Part shown: piece after piece, positions 18,733 through 27,236 of the stretch | Numbering within the stretch: position 1 is the stretch's first letter | How the letters are laid out: each line of letters begins with the position of its first letter | Assembly: GCA_963755285.1 (NCBI GenBank) | Contig: CAVWJB010000003.1 | Coordinates: 15,005-79,004 of the forward strand | From: an uncultured Chloroflexia bacterium | GTDB lineage: Bacteria > Chloroflexota > Limnocylindria > Limnocylindrales > CSP1-4 | DNA length: 64,000 nucleotides | Direction: 5' to 3' | The notes under the pieces: model-generated | What the model saw: only the letters and a program-made list of their open reading frames with translations | Told to the model about the DNA's origin: nothing | The model's database searches: none | Made by a program: the position numbers and the translations under genes

Positions 18733-19463
18733 CGGGTCACCGCCACGTCGGCGCCGAGCTTGAGGAACGCCTGCTCGAGATCGTCGGTGGCGGCCCGCTC
18801 GCGGATCTGGCGGGGCGTGCCGCGGGCGATGACCTTGCCCGAGCGGATGAACAGGAGCTCGTCGCAGCGGTCCGCCTCGTCCATGACGTGGCTGGCGACG
18901 ACGATCGTCGTCCCGGCGTCGGTCAGCTCCCGGAAGTGGGTCCAGAACTGGACCCGGAGGAGCGGGTCGACCCCGACCGTCGGCTCGTCGAGGAACAGGA
19001 CCGGCGGGCGATGGACGAGGGCGCAGGCCAGCGACAATCGACGGCGCTGGCCGCCGGACAGCGTGCCGGCGATCGCGTCGCGCCGGTCGGCCAGCTCGAC
19101 GAGCTCGAGGGCGGCCTGGACGGCGGCCGCGTCCCGGATCCCGTAGGTGGCCGCGAAGAACCGCGCGTTCTCGGCGACGGTCAGCGCGAGGTACACCCCG
19201 TCGGCCTGGGTCATGTACCCGATCCGGCTCAGATTCGGCCGGGACGGCATCGCGACGCCGAGGACCTCGGCCTGGCCGCTCGTCGCCCTGGCCAACCCGG
19301 TGAGCAGCCGGATCAACGTGGTCTTGCCCGAACCGTTCGGACCAAGCAGGCCGTAGATCCGGCCGGGCGCGAGCTCGAAGCTCACGTCGTCGACCGCGCG
19401 GATCGGGCCGAACGCCTTGACGAGCCCGTTCGCCCGGATCGCCGGCTCGACCGAATTCATCAC
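18729..19463 (-). CDS. ABC transporter ATP-binding protein
   Basis: It has Walker A GPNGSGKTT, the ABC signature LSGGQRRRL, Walker B VLFLDEPTVGVD and the H-loop VVASHVM. Confidence 0.95.
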   Translation of the reverse strand: MMNSVEPAIRANGLVKAFGPIRAVDDVSFELAPGRIYGLLGPNGSGKTTLIRLLTGLARATSGQAEVLGVAMPSRPNLSRIGYMTQADGVYLALTVAENARFFAATYGIRDAAAVQAALELVELADRRDAIAGTLSGGQRRRLSLACALVHRPPVLFLDEPTVGVDPLLRVQFWTHFRELTDAGTTIVVASHVMDEADRCDELLFIRSGKVIARGTPRQIRERAATDDLEQAFLKLGADVAVTR

Positions 19464-19526
19464 GCGATGAATTCTAGCGCGACCCGCAAGGGCAGGTCCT
19501 CTCGAAGATGCCTGTTCCGGATCGAG

Positions 19527-20366
19527 CTACTGATTGAGCCAGCGGCCGGGGTTCGTCAGCACCGTTTCGGCGGCGGCCGACTGGAGCGTCCGGGCGGTGT
19601 CGGCCGGGAGACCGCCGGTGTACCCGAGGCCGACCGGGCTGCGCCCGAAGACCGTCGCATAGACGACGCACGCGGCGAGGTACGTCCCGGCGATGGTCGG
19701 ATGGCTCCCGTCGGGTTGCCACAGGTCGAGCTCGGGTGCCTCGAGCCGGACGAGCCGCCACGCGGCACCGGCCGGGACCACGGGCACCCGGAGCTCCTCG
19801 GCGACGGCCAGGTAGCCGTCCTCGATGGCGGCCTGCATGGCGGCGTAGTCGGGCAGCCCGACATCGGGCGAGCCGTCGCGATGGGCCCAGGTCTCGAGCA
19901 GGATCGACCGGGCGCCGATCGATCGGATCGTCGAGACCAGCGACCGCGCGGCCGGCTCCATCTGATTCGCCCGTGACCACTCGCTCGCCGGGATCTGGCT
20001 CTGCTCCTGGAGGACGACCACGTCCCACGGGCCGCCGGCGAGCGCGGCCTGCGTCTCCGGCAGCGTGACGTGGCCGGCGAGCGATTCTCCGCCGGGTGCC
20101 ACCTTCCCCGTCCCGACGTGCTGCCCGCCTGAGAGGGCCAGCTCGGCGAAGGCGTGGGGCAGGTCGTTGACGTCCGTGTAGCTGTTGCCGAGGAACAGGA
20201 CCCGGGTGCAGCCCGAGCCGTCGAGCGGGCCGCAGGTGCCGGCGCCGGGCAAACGGCCGGTGAGCACGAGCGCCCCGAGGATCGCGATGACGACGAGCAC
20301 GACCGCCCCACCGATCGCGATCGGCGTGCCGACCCGTCGCGGTGCCACCGCTGCCGTGTCCGTCAT
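19527..20366 (-). CDS. membrane-anchored SGNH/GDSL-like hydrolase family protein (putative)
   Basis: An N-terminal TM (IAIGGAVVLVVIAILGALVL) is followed by VLFLGNSYT (block-I-like) and DGSHPT near the C-terminus (a DxxH-like block V). Confidence 0.65.
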   Translation of the reverse strand: MTDTAAVAPRRVGTPIAIGGAVVLVVIAILGALVLTGRLPGAGTCGPLDGSGCTRVLFLGNSYTDVNDLPHAFAELALSGGQHVGTGKVAPGGESLAGHVTLPETQAALAGGPWDVVVLQEQSQIPASEWSRANQMEPAARSLVSTIRSIGARSILLETWAHRDGSPDVGLPDYAAMQAAIEDGYLAVAEELRVPVVPAGAAWRLVRLEAPELDLWQPDGSHPTIAGTYLAACVVYATVFGRSPVGLGYTGGLPADTARTLQSAAAETVLTNPGRWLNQ

Positions 20367-20461
20367 GGCCCGGATCGTGGTCCGCCACGAGCCTCGCCGC
20401 CATGGCCCGATCAGCCTACGGCGCGAAGCGACTGGAACGAGGCACCGTTGCCCTGGCCCCG

Positions 20462-20489
20462 TTGACGAGAACGCGTCCGCGCATACGAT
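20462..20489 (+). promoter_or_regulatory. candidate sigma-70-type promoter giving a leaderless mRNA for the 20496 gene
   Basis: TTGACG (20462-20467), a 16-nt spacer and TACGAT (20484-20489) are followed by 6 nt and then ATG 20496. No RBS is present. Confidence 0.4.
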
Positions 20490-20495
20490 CCGGCG

Positions 20496-21116
20496 ATGAC
20501 CCGGAGCCAGGCCCTGACCATCGTCCGCGTCGCGTCGGTGCTGCTCGTGATCGTGGCGATCGTGGCCCAGGCCGTGACCCTGGCGGAGGCGAACCGGTTC
20601 GATCCCACCCGGTTCTTCGCGTTCTTCACGATCCAGAGCAACCTGATCGGGGTCGCCGCGTTCGGCTGGTTGCTGAGCGTCCGCAGCGGGCCCCGGTCAC
20701 GCGGCCTCGAGCTCCTTCGGGGAGCGGCCGCCGTCTACCTGACCGTGACGTTCTTCGTCGTGATCTTCCTGCTCTCGGGGATCGACGTGCAGCTTCAGCT
20801 CGCCTGGGTCGACTTCGTCCTCCACAAGCTGTTCCCGGTCGTGGTCGTCCTGGACTGGATCGTCGACCCGCCGACGACCCGGCTGACGGCCCGCGACGCG
20901 CTGCTCTGGCTCATCTATCCGATCGTCTGGACGGCCCTGACCGTGGTCCGCGGCGCACTCGACGGCTGGTATCCCTACCCATTCCTGAACCCGGCCAACG
21001 GCGGCTACGGCCAGGTCGCCGTGACGGTGGTCGCGGTCACGGTGGGGTTCCTGGTGGTCGCCGCAATCACGATCGCGATCGGCAACGCCCGGCGCGGCAA
21101 TCGACCGGCTGCCTGA
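20496..21116 (+). CDS. Pr6Pr family (FAR-17a/AIG1-like) integral membrane protein
   Basis: The 206-aa ORF has six TM helices and the family-typical FFAFFTIQSNLI motif, plus YPYPFL near the C-terminal helices. Confidence 0.72.
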   Translation: MTRSQALTIVRVASVLLVIVAIVAQAVTLAEANRFDPTRFFAFFTIQSNLIGVAAFGWLLSVRSGPRSRGLELLRGAAAVYLTVTFFVVIFLLSGIDVQLQLAWVDFVLHKLFPVVVVLDWIVDPPTTRLTARDALLWLIYPIVWTALTVVRGALDGWYPYPFLNPANGGYGQVAVTVVAVTVGFLVVAAITIAIGNARRGNRPAA

Positions 21117-21139
21117 GGACGCTCGGGGCTATCTCGCGG

Positions 21140-21670
21140 TCAGACCGCTCTCGGTCGACCGCGACGCCAGGCCGCGACCCCACCAACGAGCCCGCTTCCA
21201 AGCGCCAGGATCGGCCCGAGCGGGGACTCGTGTCGCTCGTCCACTGGCGCGACCGAGATCGTACTCGTGCCGGGCGGGCCCGCGAGCACGGTCAAGGCGA
21301 GCGGCGCGCCCTCGGCCAGGTTCGTTCGCCAGTCGCCCGGCAGGCACTCGAGGACCACGCCATAGTCTCCGGGGGCGAGGTTCGGCACGATGAAGGCATA
21401 TGTGTACGACGCGACCCGGCGCCCGACACTCCTCGGACCTGGTGGATCCTTCGGCTGCTGGTTGGTCGCGTCGCTCGCGATGAACGCGACGGCGAGCCTC
21501 AGCGGCGGTTTGGCGGTCACGCCAGCACATGCGTTGAGAGCGATGACCCTGGTGCCGGGCGTCGCCTCGCTCGGGTCGAGGCCAAGGGTCGTTGCCGCCA
21601 GCGCCGTCGCCGTTCCGACGACCAACAGGATCGCGACGCCACCCGCACAGACCGCCGTCCGCCTGCCCAT
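21140..21670 (-). CDS. hypothetical secreted protein with a C-terminal membrane anchor
   Basis: The internal start MGRRTAVCAGGVAILLVVGTATALAATT (ATG 21670) has signal-peptide character. A beta-rich region follows (…YTYAFIVPNLAPGDYGVVLECLPGDW…), then a C-terminal TM (PILALGSGLVGGVAAW) and RRGRPR. Confidence 0.6.
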   Translation of the reverse strand: MGRRTAVCAGGVAILLVVGTATALAATTLGLDPSEATPGTRVIALNACAGVTAKPPLRLAVAFIASDATNQQPKDPPGPRSVGRRVASYTYAFIVPNLAPGDYGVVLECLPGDWRTNLAEGAPLALTVLAGPPGTSTISVAPVDERHESPLGPILALGSGLVGGVAAWRRGRPRAV

Positions 21671-21860
21671 GGGCCACCCCTCGCTTGCCGCTCGGACTGC
21701 GTCGATCATGAACCCTCGCCCGTAGGCGAAACACGGGCCGTCCGGCACTACCGCCCGGCGTGATGCCCGGCGCACCATGGCGTCAGCAAGCTAGCGGGCA
21801 CGCATGCCCGGGTCCATCTGGGGTCTCGGGCTGCTCGACCCGGGAACGTTGGAGGACGAC

Positions 21861-22373
21861 ATGCGTGTCCTGGTGACCGTCGCGTCAAAGCACGGGGCCT
21901 CGACCGAGATCGCGGGAGCCATCGGCGACGTGCTCATGGCGAGGGGACTGGAGGTCTCGGTCGTTGCCCCGGACATCGCCGGCAACGTCCAGGGCTATGA
22001 CGCGGTGATCATCGGCAGTGGCGTCTACGCCGGGCGCTGGCTCGGCCCGGCCAAGCAGTTCGTCGAGCGCAACCGCGACCTGTTCAACGGCCGCCCGGTG
22101 TGGCTGTTCTCGAGCGGCCCGGTCGGCGATCCGCCCAAGCCGGCCGAAGAGCCGGGCGATGTCGCGACGATGCGCCAGCTCACCCACGCCCGCGGGCATC
22201 GGGTGTTCCCCGGTCGGCTCGAGAAGGGCGACCTGAGCTTCCCCGAGCGGATGATCGTCAAGGCCGTCGGTGCGGCCGAGGGTGACTACCGGACCTGGCA
22301 CGAGATCCAGGCCTGGGCCAACGAGATCGCCCACGAGCTGACCGGCGCCGAAGTGGAGGTCGCGTCCGCCTGA
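21861..22373 (+). CDS. flavodoxin-domain protein (HemG/flavodoxin-like)
   Basis: ATG 21861 has GGAGGA 5 nt upstream. It reads MRVLVTVASKHGASTEIAGAIGDVL...YDAVIIGSGVYAGRW...GRPVWLFSSGPVG, a flavodoxin-like fold pattern. Confidence 0.82.
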   Translation: MRVLVTVASKHGASTEIAGAIGDVLMARGLEVSVVAPDIAGNVQGYDAVIIGSGVYAGRWLGPAKQFVERNRDLFNGRPVWLFSSGPVGDPPKPAEEPGDVATMRQLTHARGHRVFPGRLEKGDLSFPERMIVKAVGAAEGDYRTWHEIQAWANEIAHELTGAEVEVASA

Positions 22374-22426
22374 GCCGGCCCCGGGCCAGGACGCAGGCGC
22401 ACCGTGCACCGAAGGAGGGTGCCGCC

Positions 22427-23365
22427 ATGAAGCGGTTGTACGTGATCACGTTATCGGTCCTGTTGATGTTCCTGTGGCTCGTGCCGGCGGCACTCGCTGC
22501 CGATCCGACGCCGGCCAACACCGGCCGGGTGCTCCTGTCGACCCAGGGCGATCTCACCATGCCGGCGGGTGACCAGGCCGACCTGGTCTTCGTCACCCAG
22601 GGCAAGGCGACGATCGCCGGCGACGTGAACACGCTGGTCGTGATCCAGGGATCGGCCGATCTCACCGGCGCGCATGTCGGGTCGATCGTGGCCATCCAGA
22701 GCCCGATCACCCTGGGCGCGGGCACGGTCGTCACGGGCGACATCCGGACGGTCGATTCGACCGTCACCCAGACGGGCGGCGCGCAGGTCCAGGGGACCGT
22801 GCGTGATGTCGGCCTCGATCTGGCCGGGATCGGCCTGATCCTCGCCCCCGCCATCTTCCTGCTCTGGATCGGCTTCGTCCTCGCGACGATCGCGGCCGGC
22901 CTGCTGCTGGCCGCCCTCGGTGCTCGCCAGGTCCGGTCGGCGGAAGGCCTGATCAGCCACGAGCCCGGGCATACCCTGCTGTGGGGCATCGCCGGCGTGC
23001 TCGTCCCGATGGTGATCGTCATCGCGCTGTTCGTCACCGTCATCGGCGCACCGATCGGCCTCGGGATCCTGTTCGGGCTGTGGCCGCTGACGGCGTTCCT
23101 CGGCTACCTCGTCGCCGGGATCTGGATCGGCGACTGGGTCCTGCATCGCATGACGCCTGAGATCGTCCGCGAGCGACCCTACCTGGCGTCGATCCTCGGG
23201 ATCCTGATCCTTCAGGTCCTCACGATCGTGCCGTTCGTCACGGCGATCGCCAGCCTGTTCGGCTTCGGGGCCGTCCTCCTGCTGGCCTGGCGGACGTTCC
23301 ACCAGGGCAACCTGCCCAGCGCAAGCGTGGCCCACCCGGCTTCACCGGCGCCGATGGCAAGCTGA
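22427..23365 (+). CDS. membrane protein with a signal peptide, a bactofilin-like beta-helical (polymer-forming cytoskeletal-like) domain and 5 C-terminal TM helices
   Basis: It begins MKRLYVITLSVLLMFLWLVPAALAADP. Repetitive beta-helix-like turns follow (ADLVFVTQGKATIAGDVNTLVVIQGSADLTGAHVGSIVAIQSPITLGAGTVVTGDIRTVDSTVTQTGGAQVQGTV), then multiple TM helices. Confidence 0.8.
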   Translation: MKRLYVITLSVLLMFLWLVPAALAADPTPANTGRVLLSTQGDLTMPAGDQADLVFVTQGKATIAGDVNTLVVIQGSADLTGAHVGSIVAIQSPITLGAGTVVTGDIRTVDSTVTQTGGAQVQGTVRDVGLDLAGIGLILAPAIFLLWIGFVLATIAAGLLLAALGARQVRSAEGLISHEPGHTLLWGIAGVLVPMVIVIALFVTVIGAPIGLGILFGLWPLTAFLGYLVAGIWIGDWVLHRMTPEIVRERPYLASILGILILQVLTIVPFVTAIASLFGFGAVLLLAWRTFHQGNLPSASVAHPASPAPMAS

Positions 23366-23446
23366 CCACAACCGACGCGTCGGCCGACTGCATGCGGCGG
23401 GCGCGTCAGGAGCTCAGGCTGCCGGTTCGTAGGCAGCCGACAGCGA

Positions 23447-23474
23447 GAGACCCCGTCCATTCCGACGGGGTCTC
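23447..23474. terminator. stem-loop after duplication copy 1
   Basis: GAGACCCCGTC-cattcc-GACGGGGTCTC forms an 11-bp stem. A second 7-bp hairpin, GGCTGCC..GGCAGCC, lies at 23417-23438. There is no T-tract. Confidence 0.45.
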
Positions 23475-23534
23475 GACCTGTATTCGGGCCACTAGCCAGG
23501 ACGCATACGCTTATGGACCAAGGAGGGTGGTGCC

Positions 23535-24475
23535 ATGAAGCGATTGTGCGTGGTCACGTTATCGGTCCTGGTGATGTTCCTGTGGCTCGTGCCGGCGGCG
23601 CTTCGCGGCCGACCCGACTCCGGCCGGCAACGGTCGGGTGCTCGTGTCGACCAGTGGCGGCCTCACGATGGCGCCCGGCGACCAGGCCGACCTGGTCTTC
23701 GTCACCCAGGGCAAGGCGACGATCGCCGGCGACGTGAACACCCTCGTGGTGGTCAACGGGTCGGCGGATCTGACGGGCGCGCACGTCCGCTCGATCCTCG
23801 CCGTCCGCAGCCCGGTCACCCTGGGCGCGGGCACGGTCGTGACCGGCGACATCTGGACGGTCGACTCGACCGTCACCCAGACCGGCGGCGCACAGGTCCA
23901 GGGGACCGTGCGTGACTTGGGCCTCGATCTCGTTGCGATCGGCCTGATCCTCATCCCGCGTCTCTTCCTGCTCTGGATCGGCTTCGTCCTCGCGACGATC
24001 GTGGCCGGCCTGCTGCTGGCCGCCCTCGCCGCGCGCCAGGTCCGGGCGGCGGAGAGCCTGATCAGCAACGAGCCCTGGCGCACCTTGCTGTGGGGCATCG
24101 CCGGGGTTCTCGTCGCGATCGTCCTCGTGATCGCGCCTGTTCATCACGGTCGTGGGCGCACCGCTGGGCCTCGGGATCCTGTTCGGGCTCTGGCCGTTGA
24201 CGGCGTTCCTCGGCTACCTGGTCGCCGCCATCTGGATCGGCGACTGGATCCTCCGTCGCACGTCGCCCGGGACCGTCCGCGAGCGGCCCTACCTTGCGGC
24301 CGTGATCGGGATCCTCATCATGCAGCTCCTCGCGATCATCCCGTTCGTCAGCGGGATCGCGAGCTTGTTCGGCTTCGGGGCCGTGCTCCTGCTTGCCTGG
24401 CGGACGTTCCGTCAGGGGGGCGTTCCCGCAGCGAGCGTGGCCGATCCGGGTGCACCGGCCCCGCTGGCGAGCTGA
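23535..24475 (+). pseudogene. paralogue of 22427..23365 disrupted by two 1-nt insertions
   Basis: There are three track fragments: 23535.. (MKRLCVVTLSVLVMFLWLVPAAL), 23638.. (…VLVSTSGGLTMAPGDQADLVFVTQGKATIAGDVNTLVV… to VAIVLVIA) and 24152..24475 (GAPLGLGILFGLWPLTAFLGYLVAAIW…). Alignment to copy 1 shows an extra C in cttCgcgg (~23604) and another in gcgcCtg (~24136). Confidence 0.8.
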
Positions 24476-24557
24476 CCCGACGAGCGATTGGCCGGCAGCA
24501 TGCGGCCGGTTCGTCGGGCGCGGGCTTGCTGCAGGCTCGACCGGCGGCAGACAGCAA

Positions 24558-24585
24558 GAGACCCCGTCCATTCGGGCGGGGTCTC
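24558..24585. terminator. stem-loop after duplication copy 2, also directly downstream of the convergent cold-shock gene
   Basis: GAGACCCCG-tccattcggg-CGGGGTCTC forms a 9-bp stem. It lies between the ends of the gene ending at 24475 and the csp gene ending at 24617. Confidence 0.45.
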
Positions 24586-24616
24586 GACCTTCCTCGCGAT
24601 GAGGACGGCTTGGTGA

Positions 24617-24820
24617 CTAGGCTGCGTGCACGTTCGCGGCGCGCGGGCCCTTGGGGCTCTGCTCGACATCGAACTCGACGCGCTCGCCGCCGACCAGACG
24701 GTCGAAGTCGAGCGAGGAGTCGAGCCCGCCGCGATGGAAGAAGTATTCCTTCGCATCCTCGGCGGCGATGAAGCCGAAGCCGCGATCGGCAACGACCTTC
24801 TTGATGGTACCGGTGGTCAC
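24617..24820 (-). CDS. cold-shock protein (CspA family, 67 aa)
   Basis: GTG 24820 has GGAGG 6 nt upstream. It reads MTTGTIKKVVADRGFGFIAAEDAKEYFFHRGGLDSSLDFDRLVGGERVEFDVEQSPKGPRAANVHAA, with the RNP1-like motif RGFGFI. The much longer track ORF 24617..25414 is an upstream read-through. Confidence 0.9.
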   Translation of the reverse strand: MTTGTIKKVVADRGFGFIAAEDAKEYFFHRGGLDSSLDFDRLVGGERVEFDVEQSPKGPRAANVHAA

Positions 24821-24935
24821 ATTGACCTCCACATCTTCCCGAACTGGGAACTGCAGGCGCACGGTCCGTTCGAGAAGGGGGGTCGACCACGCGTAGGCTC
24901 GCCAACAAGAGGTAGGCGAGTGCCTAGCATAGCAC
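24821..24935 (-). promoter_or_regulatory. candidate csp promoter (extended -10) plus a ~100-nt structured 5' leader
   Basis: The minus strand reads gtgTGcTATGCTaggcactcgcc, with the -10 TATGCT at plus coordinates 24926-24931. The leader contains the imperfect inverted repeat TAGGCaCTCGCC...GGCGAGCCTA. Long leaders are established for cold-shock mRNAs. Confidence 0.35.
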
Positions 24936-24951
24936 ACCCGTTCGGATCGGC

Positions 24952-25299
24952 CTACTCGGTGATCCCGATCACGTGGCCCTCGGGATCGGCAACGAGGCCG
25001 AGCTGGGCCTCCCCATCCGGGCTGAACTTGGGCATGACGACCGAGCCGCCGAGCTCGACAGCCCGGGCCAGGGTCGCGTCGACGTCGGCAACCCGGACGT
25101 AGCCGGTGACGCCGCCGGCCGAGCCGTCCCGGGTGCCGCCGATCCCGACCACGAGTCCGGTCTGGGTCGGATCGGTCATCCCGTAGCCGCCCGGGTAGCT
25201 CGTGTCGAGCTTCCAGCCGAACAGGTTGCCGAAGAACGACTGGAGCGCCTTCTGGTCCTTGCCCGTCACTTCGAAGTGGATCACCTTCGGATCGGTCAT
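24952..25299 (-). CDS. VOC (glyoxalase/bleomycin-resistance/dioxygenase) family protein
   Basis: The 115-aa ORF reads MTDPKVIHFEVTGKDQKALQSFFGNLFGWKL...GVTGYVRVADVDATLARAVELGGSVVMP...LGLVADPEGHVIGI, a typical single-module VOC pattern. Confidence 0.85.
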   Translation of the reverse strand: MTDPKVIHFEVTGKDQKALQSFFGNLFGWKLDTSYPGGYGMTDPTQTGLVVGIGGTRDGSAGGVTGYVRVADVDATLARAVELGGSVVMPKFSPDGEAQLGLVADPEGHVIGITE

Positions 25300-25438
25300 C
25301 GGTCGAGCTCCTTCTCCTGGGTTCGAGGCGCCCTCGGCCTCGCTGACCCTTCATCGATCCAACGAACGGCCCCGACCGGAATCGACACGCCCGCGCAGAT
25401 TCGCCTGCTAGCATCCGAGGCGCTGTGGCCGAACGCCA

Positions 25439-27193
25439 ATGACGACGAGCCGCGCGTCCGACGCCCCACGTGGGCGACGACGCGAGCGGGCAGCGAGCAT
25501 CGCGGGCGCGATCGCGACCGCGGTCGGATCGATCCGGGCCGCCGTCGCCAACCCGGACATCCGCCGGCTCGAGGCGTCATGGACCGGCGGCATCGCCGGG
25601 GACTGGGTCCTGCTCGTGGCGCTGCTCGTCATCGCCTACGACGCGGGCGGGGCGCTCACGGTCGGCCTGCTCGGCCTCGTCCGGATGCTGCCGTCGACGC
25701 TCATCGCGCCGCTCGCCGGCATCCCGGCCGCGCGCTTCGGGAGCGCGCGCGTCCTGGTCGCCGTCAACCTCATCCGGGCGGCCTCCGCGCTCGGCTGCAT
25801 CGTCGTGGTCCTCGTCGACGGCTCGATCGTCGCGACCTTCGTGCTGGCGGCGATCGCCGCCACCTCCGGGGCGATGGTCCGACCGGTCCAGACGGCCCTC
25901 CTGCCATCGCTGGCCAGGACGCCGGGTGAGCTCGTGGCCGGCAACAGCGTGTCGAGCCTCGGCGAGGCGGCCGGCATGTTCGTCGGGCCGCTCGTGGGCG
26001 GGATCCTCGTGGTGACCGCGGGCACGAGCTGGGCGCTCGGCGCGGCCGCGCTGCTGTTCGCCGGCGCCGCGCTGGCGGTGAGCCGGCTCGACACGGGCGA
26101 GGAGATCGCCACGATCCGGGCACTGGAGGGTGGCGAGGCGCGGCCATCGCTCCTGGCCGGGTTCCGGGCCCTGGCCCATCGGCCGGGGCCGGCGCTCGTC
26201 GTGGTCGGGTTCATGAGCCAGGTTCTCGTCCGAGGGCTGCTCGTCACGCTCCTCGTCGTCACCTCGGTCGACCTCCTCGGGCTGGGCGATGGAGGCGTCG
26301 GCTGGCTCAACGCCGCGGTCGGCGCGGGCGGCCTCCTGGGCGCGCTGACCGCCGCCGGGCTGAGCGGGCGCGTCCCGCTCTCGCGGGTGTTCGCGATCTC
26401 GCTCGTCTTCTGGGGCCTGCCGATCGCGTTCGTCGGGGCCATCCCGGTCCCGGTGCTCGCGCTGGCGGCGTTGTTCGTCACCGGGTTGAGCAACGCGTCG
26501 CTCGACGTGGCCGGCTTCACGATCCTCCAGCGCAGCCTGACCCTGCCCGAGCGGGTGCCCGTGTTCGGGCTGTTCGAGGGAGGCGTCGGGGTGATGATGG
26601 CCGTCGGTGGCATCGTCGCGCCGCTGCTCATCGCACTGTTCGGGACGCGTGGCGCCCTGGTCATCAGCGGCGCGCTCCTGCCGACCGTCGCCGTGCTCAC
26701 CTGGCCGCGGATCCGCCGGATCGAGCGCGAGTCGCTGGTCCCCGAGGAGCGCCTGCGGCTCGTCCGGTCGATCCCGCTCTTCGCGCCGTTGAACCTCTCG
26801 GCGCTCGAGCGGCTGGCGAGCGCGATGACCCCGGTCTCGTTCGAGCGCGGCGACGTGCTCATGCGCGAGGGCGAGCAGGGGGACCGCTACCTCGTGATCG
26901 AATCGGGCGCCTGCGACGTCAGCCAGGGCGGAACGTTCCTGCGCGCCGCCTCGGCCGGCGACGGGATCGGCGAGATCGCGCTGCTCCGTGGCGTGCCGCG
27001 CACCGCGAGCGTGGTGGCGACCGGGCCGGTCCGCGGCTACGCGCTCGACGCGCTGTCGTTCAGGAGCGCGATGGCCGGCCCGAGTGCGTGGGCCGCCGCC
27101 GAAGCCGTGATGGCCGAGCGGCTGAACGCCTCGGGCACGGACGGCGGAACCCCGGTGACCGCCGACACCCAACGATCGGCCGAAGCGTCGTAG
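25439..27193 (+). CDS. MFS transporter fused to a C-terminal cyclic-nucleotide-binding domain
   Basis: About 12 TM helices fill the first ~420 aa. A cNMP-binding-like module follows: LVRSIPLFAPLNLSALERLASAMTPVSFERGDVLMREGEQGDRYLVIESGACDV...GDGIGEIALLRGVPRTASVVA. Confidence 0.85.
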   Translation: MTTSRASDAPRGRRRERAASIAGAIATAVGSIRAAVANPDIRRLEASWTGGIAGDWVLLVALLVIAYDAGGALTVGLLGLVRMLPSTLIAPLAGIPAARFGSARVLVAVNLIRAASALGCIVVVLVDGSIVATFVLAAIAATSGAMVRPVQTALLPSLARTPGELVAGNSVSSLGEAAGMFVGPLVGGILVVTAGTSWALGAAALLFAGAALAVSRLDTGEEIATIRALEGGEARPSLLAGFRALAHRPGPALVVVGFMSQVLVRGLLVTLLVVTSVDLLGLGDGGVGWLNAAVGAGGLLGALTAAGLSGRVPLSRVFAISLVFWGLPIAFVGAIPVPVLALAALFVTGLSNASLDVAGFTILQRSLTLPERVPVFGLFEGGVGVMMAVGGIVAPLLIALFGTRGALVISGALLPTVAVLTWPRIRRIERESLVPEERLRLVRSIPLFAPLNLSALERLASAMTPVSFERGDVLMREGEQGDRYLVIESGACDVSQGGTFLRAASAGDGIGEIALLRGVPRTASVVATGPVRGYALDALSFRSAMAGPSAWAAAEAVMAERLNASGTDGGTPVTADTQRSAEAS

Positions 27194-27236
27194 GCTTCAC
27201 CCGGCGATCAGCCAGCGGCGACCTCGAGGCGACTGT

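Larger units (their letters stand above)
22385..24600. repeat. tandem direct duplication (~1.11 kb unit x2) covering RBS, gene and terminator hairpin
   Basis: Unit 1 starts at gccaggacgcaggcgc (22385) and unit 2 at gccaggacgcatacgc (23495). The units are colinear through aaggagggtg..ccATGaagcg, the whole coding region and the GAGACCCCG...CGGGGTCTC hairpin. They have diverged by scattered substitutions plus two 1-nt insertions in unit 2. Confidence 0.85.

Noticed and set aside
22385-24600. The tandem duplication, considered as a mobile element or genomic island.
   Set aside because: There is no transposase, integrase, terminal inverted repeat or tRNA attachment site. Both units carry the same ordinary gene plus its own RBS and terminator, which fits simple unequal recombination.
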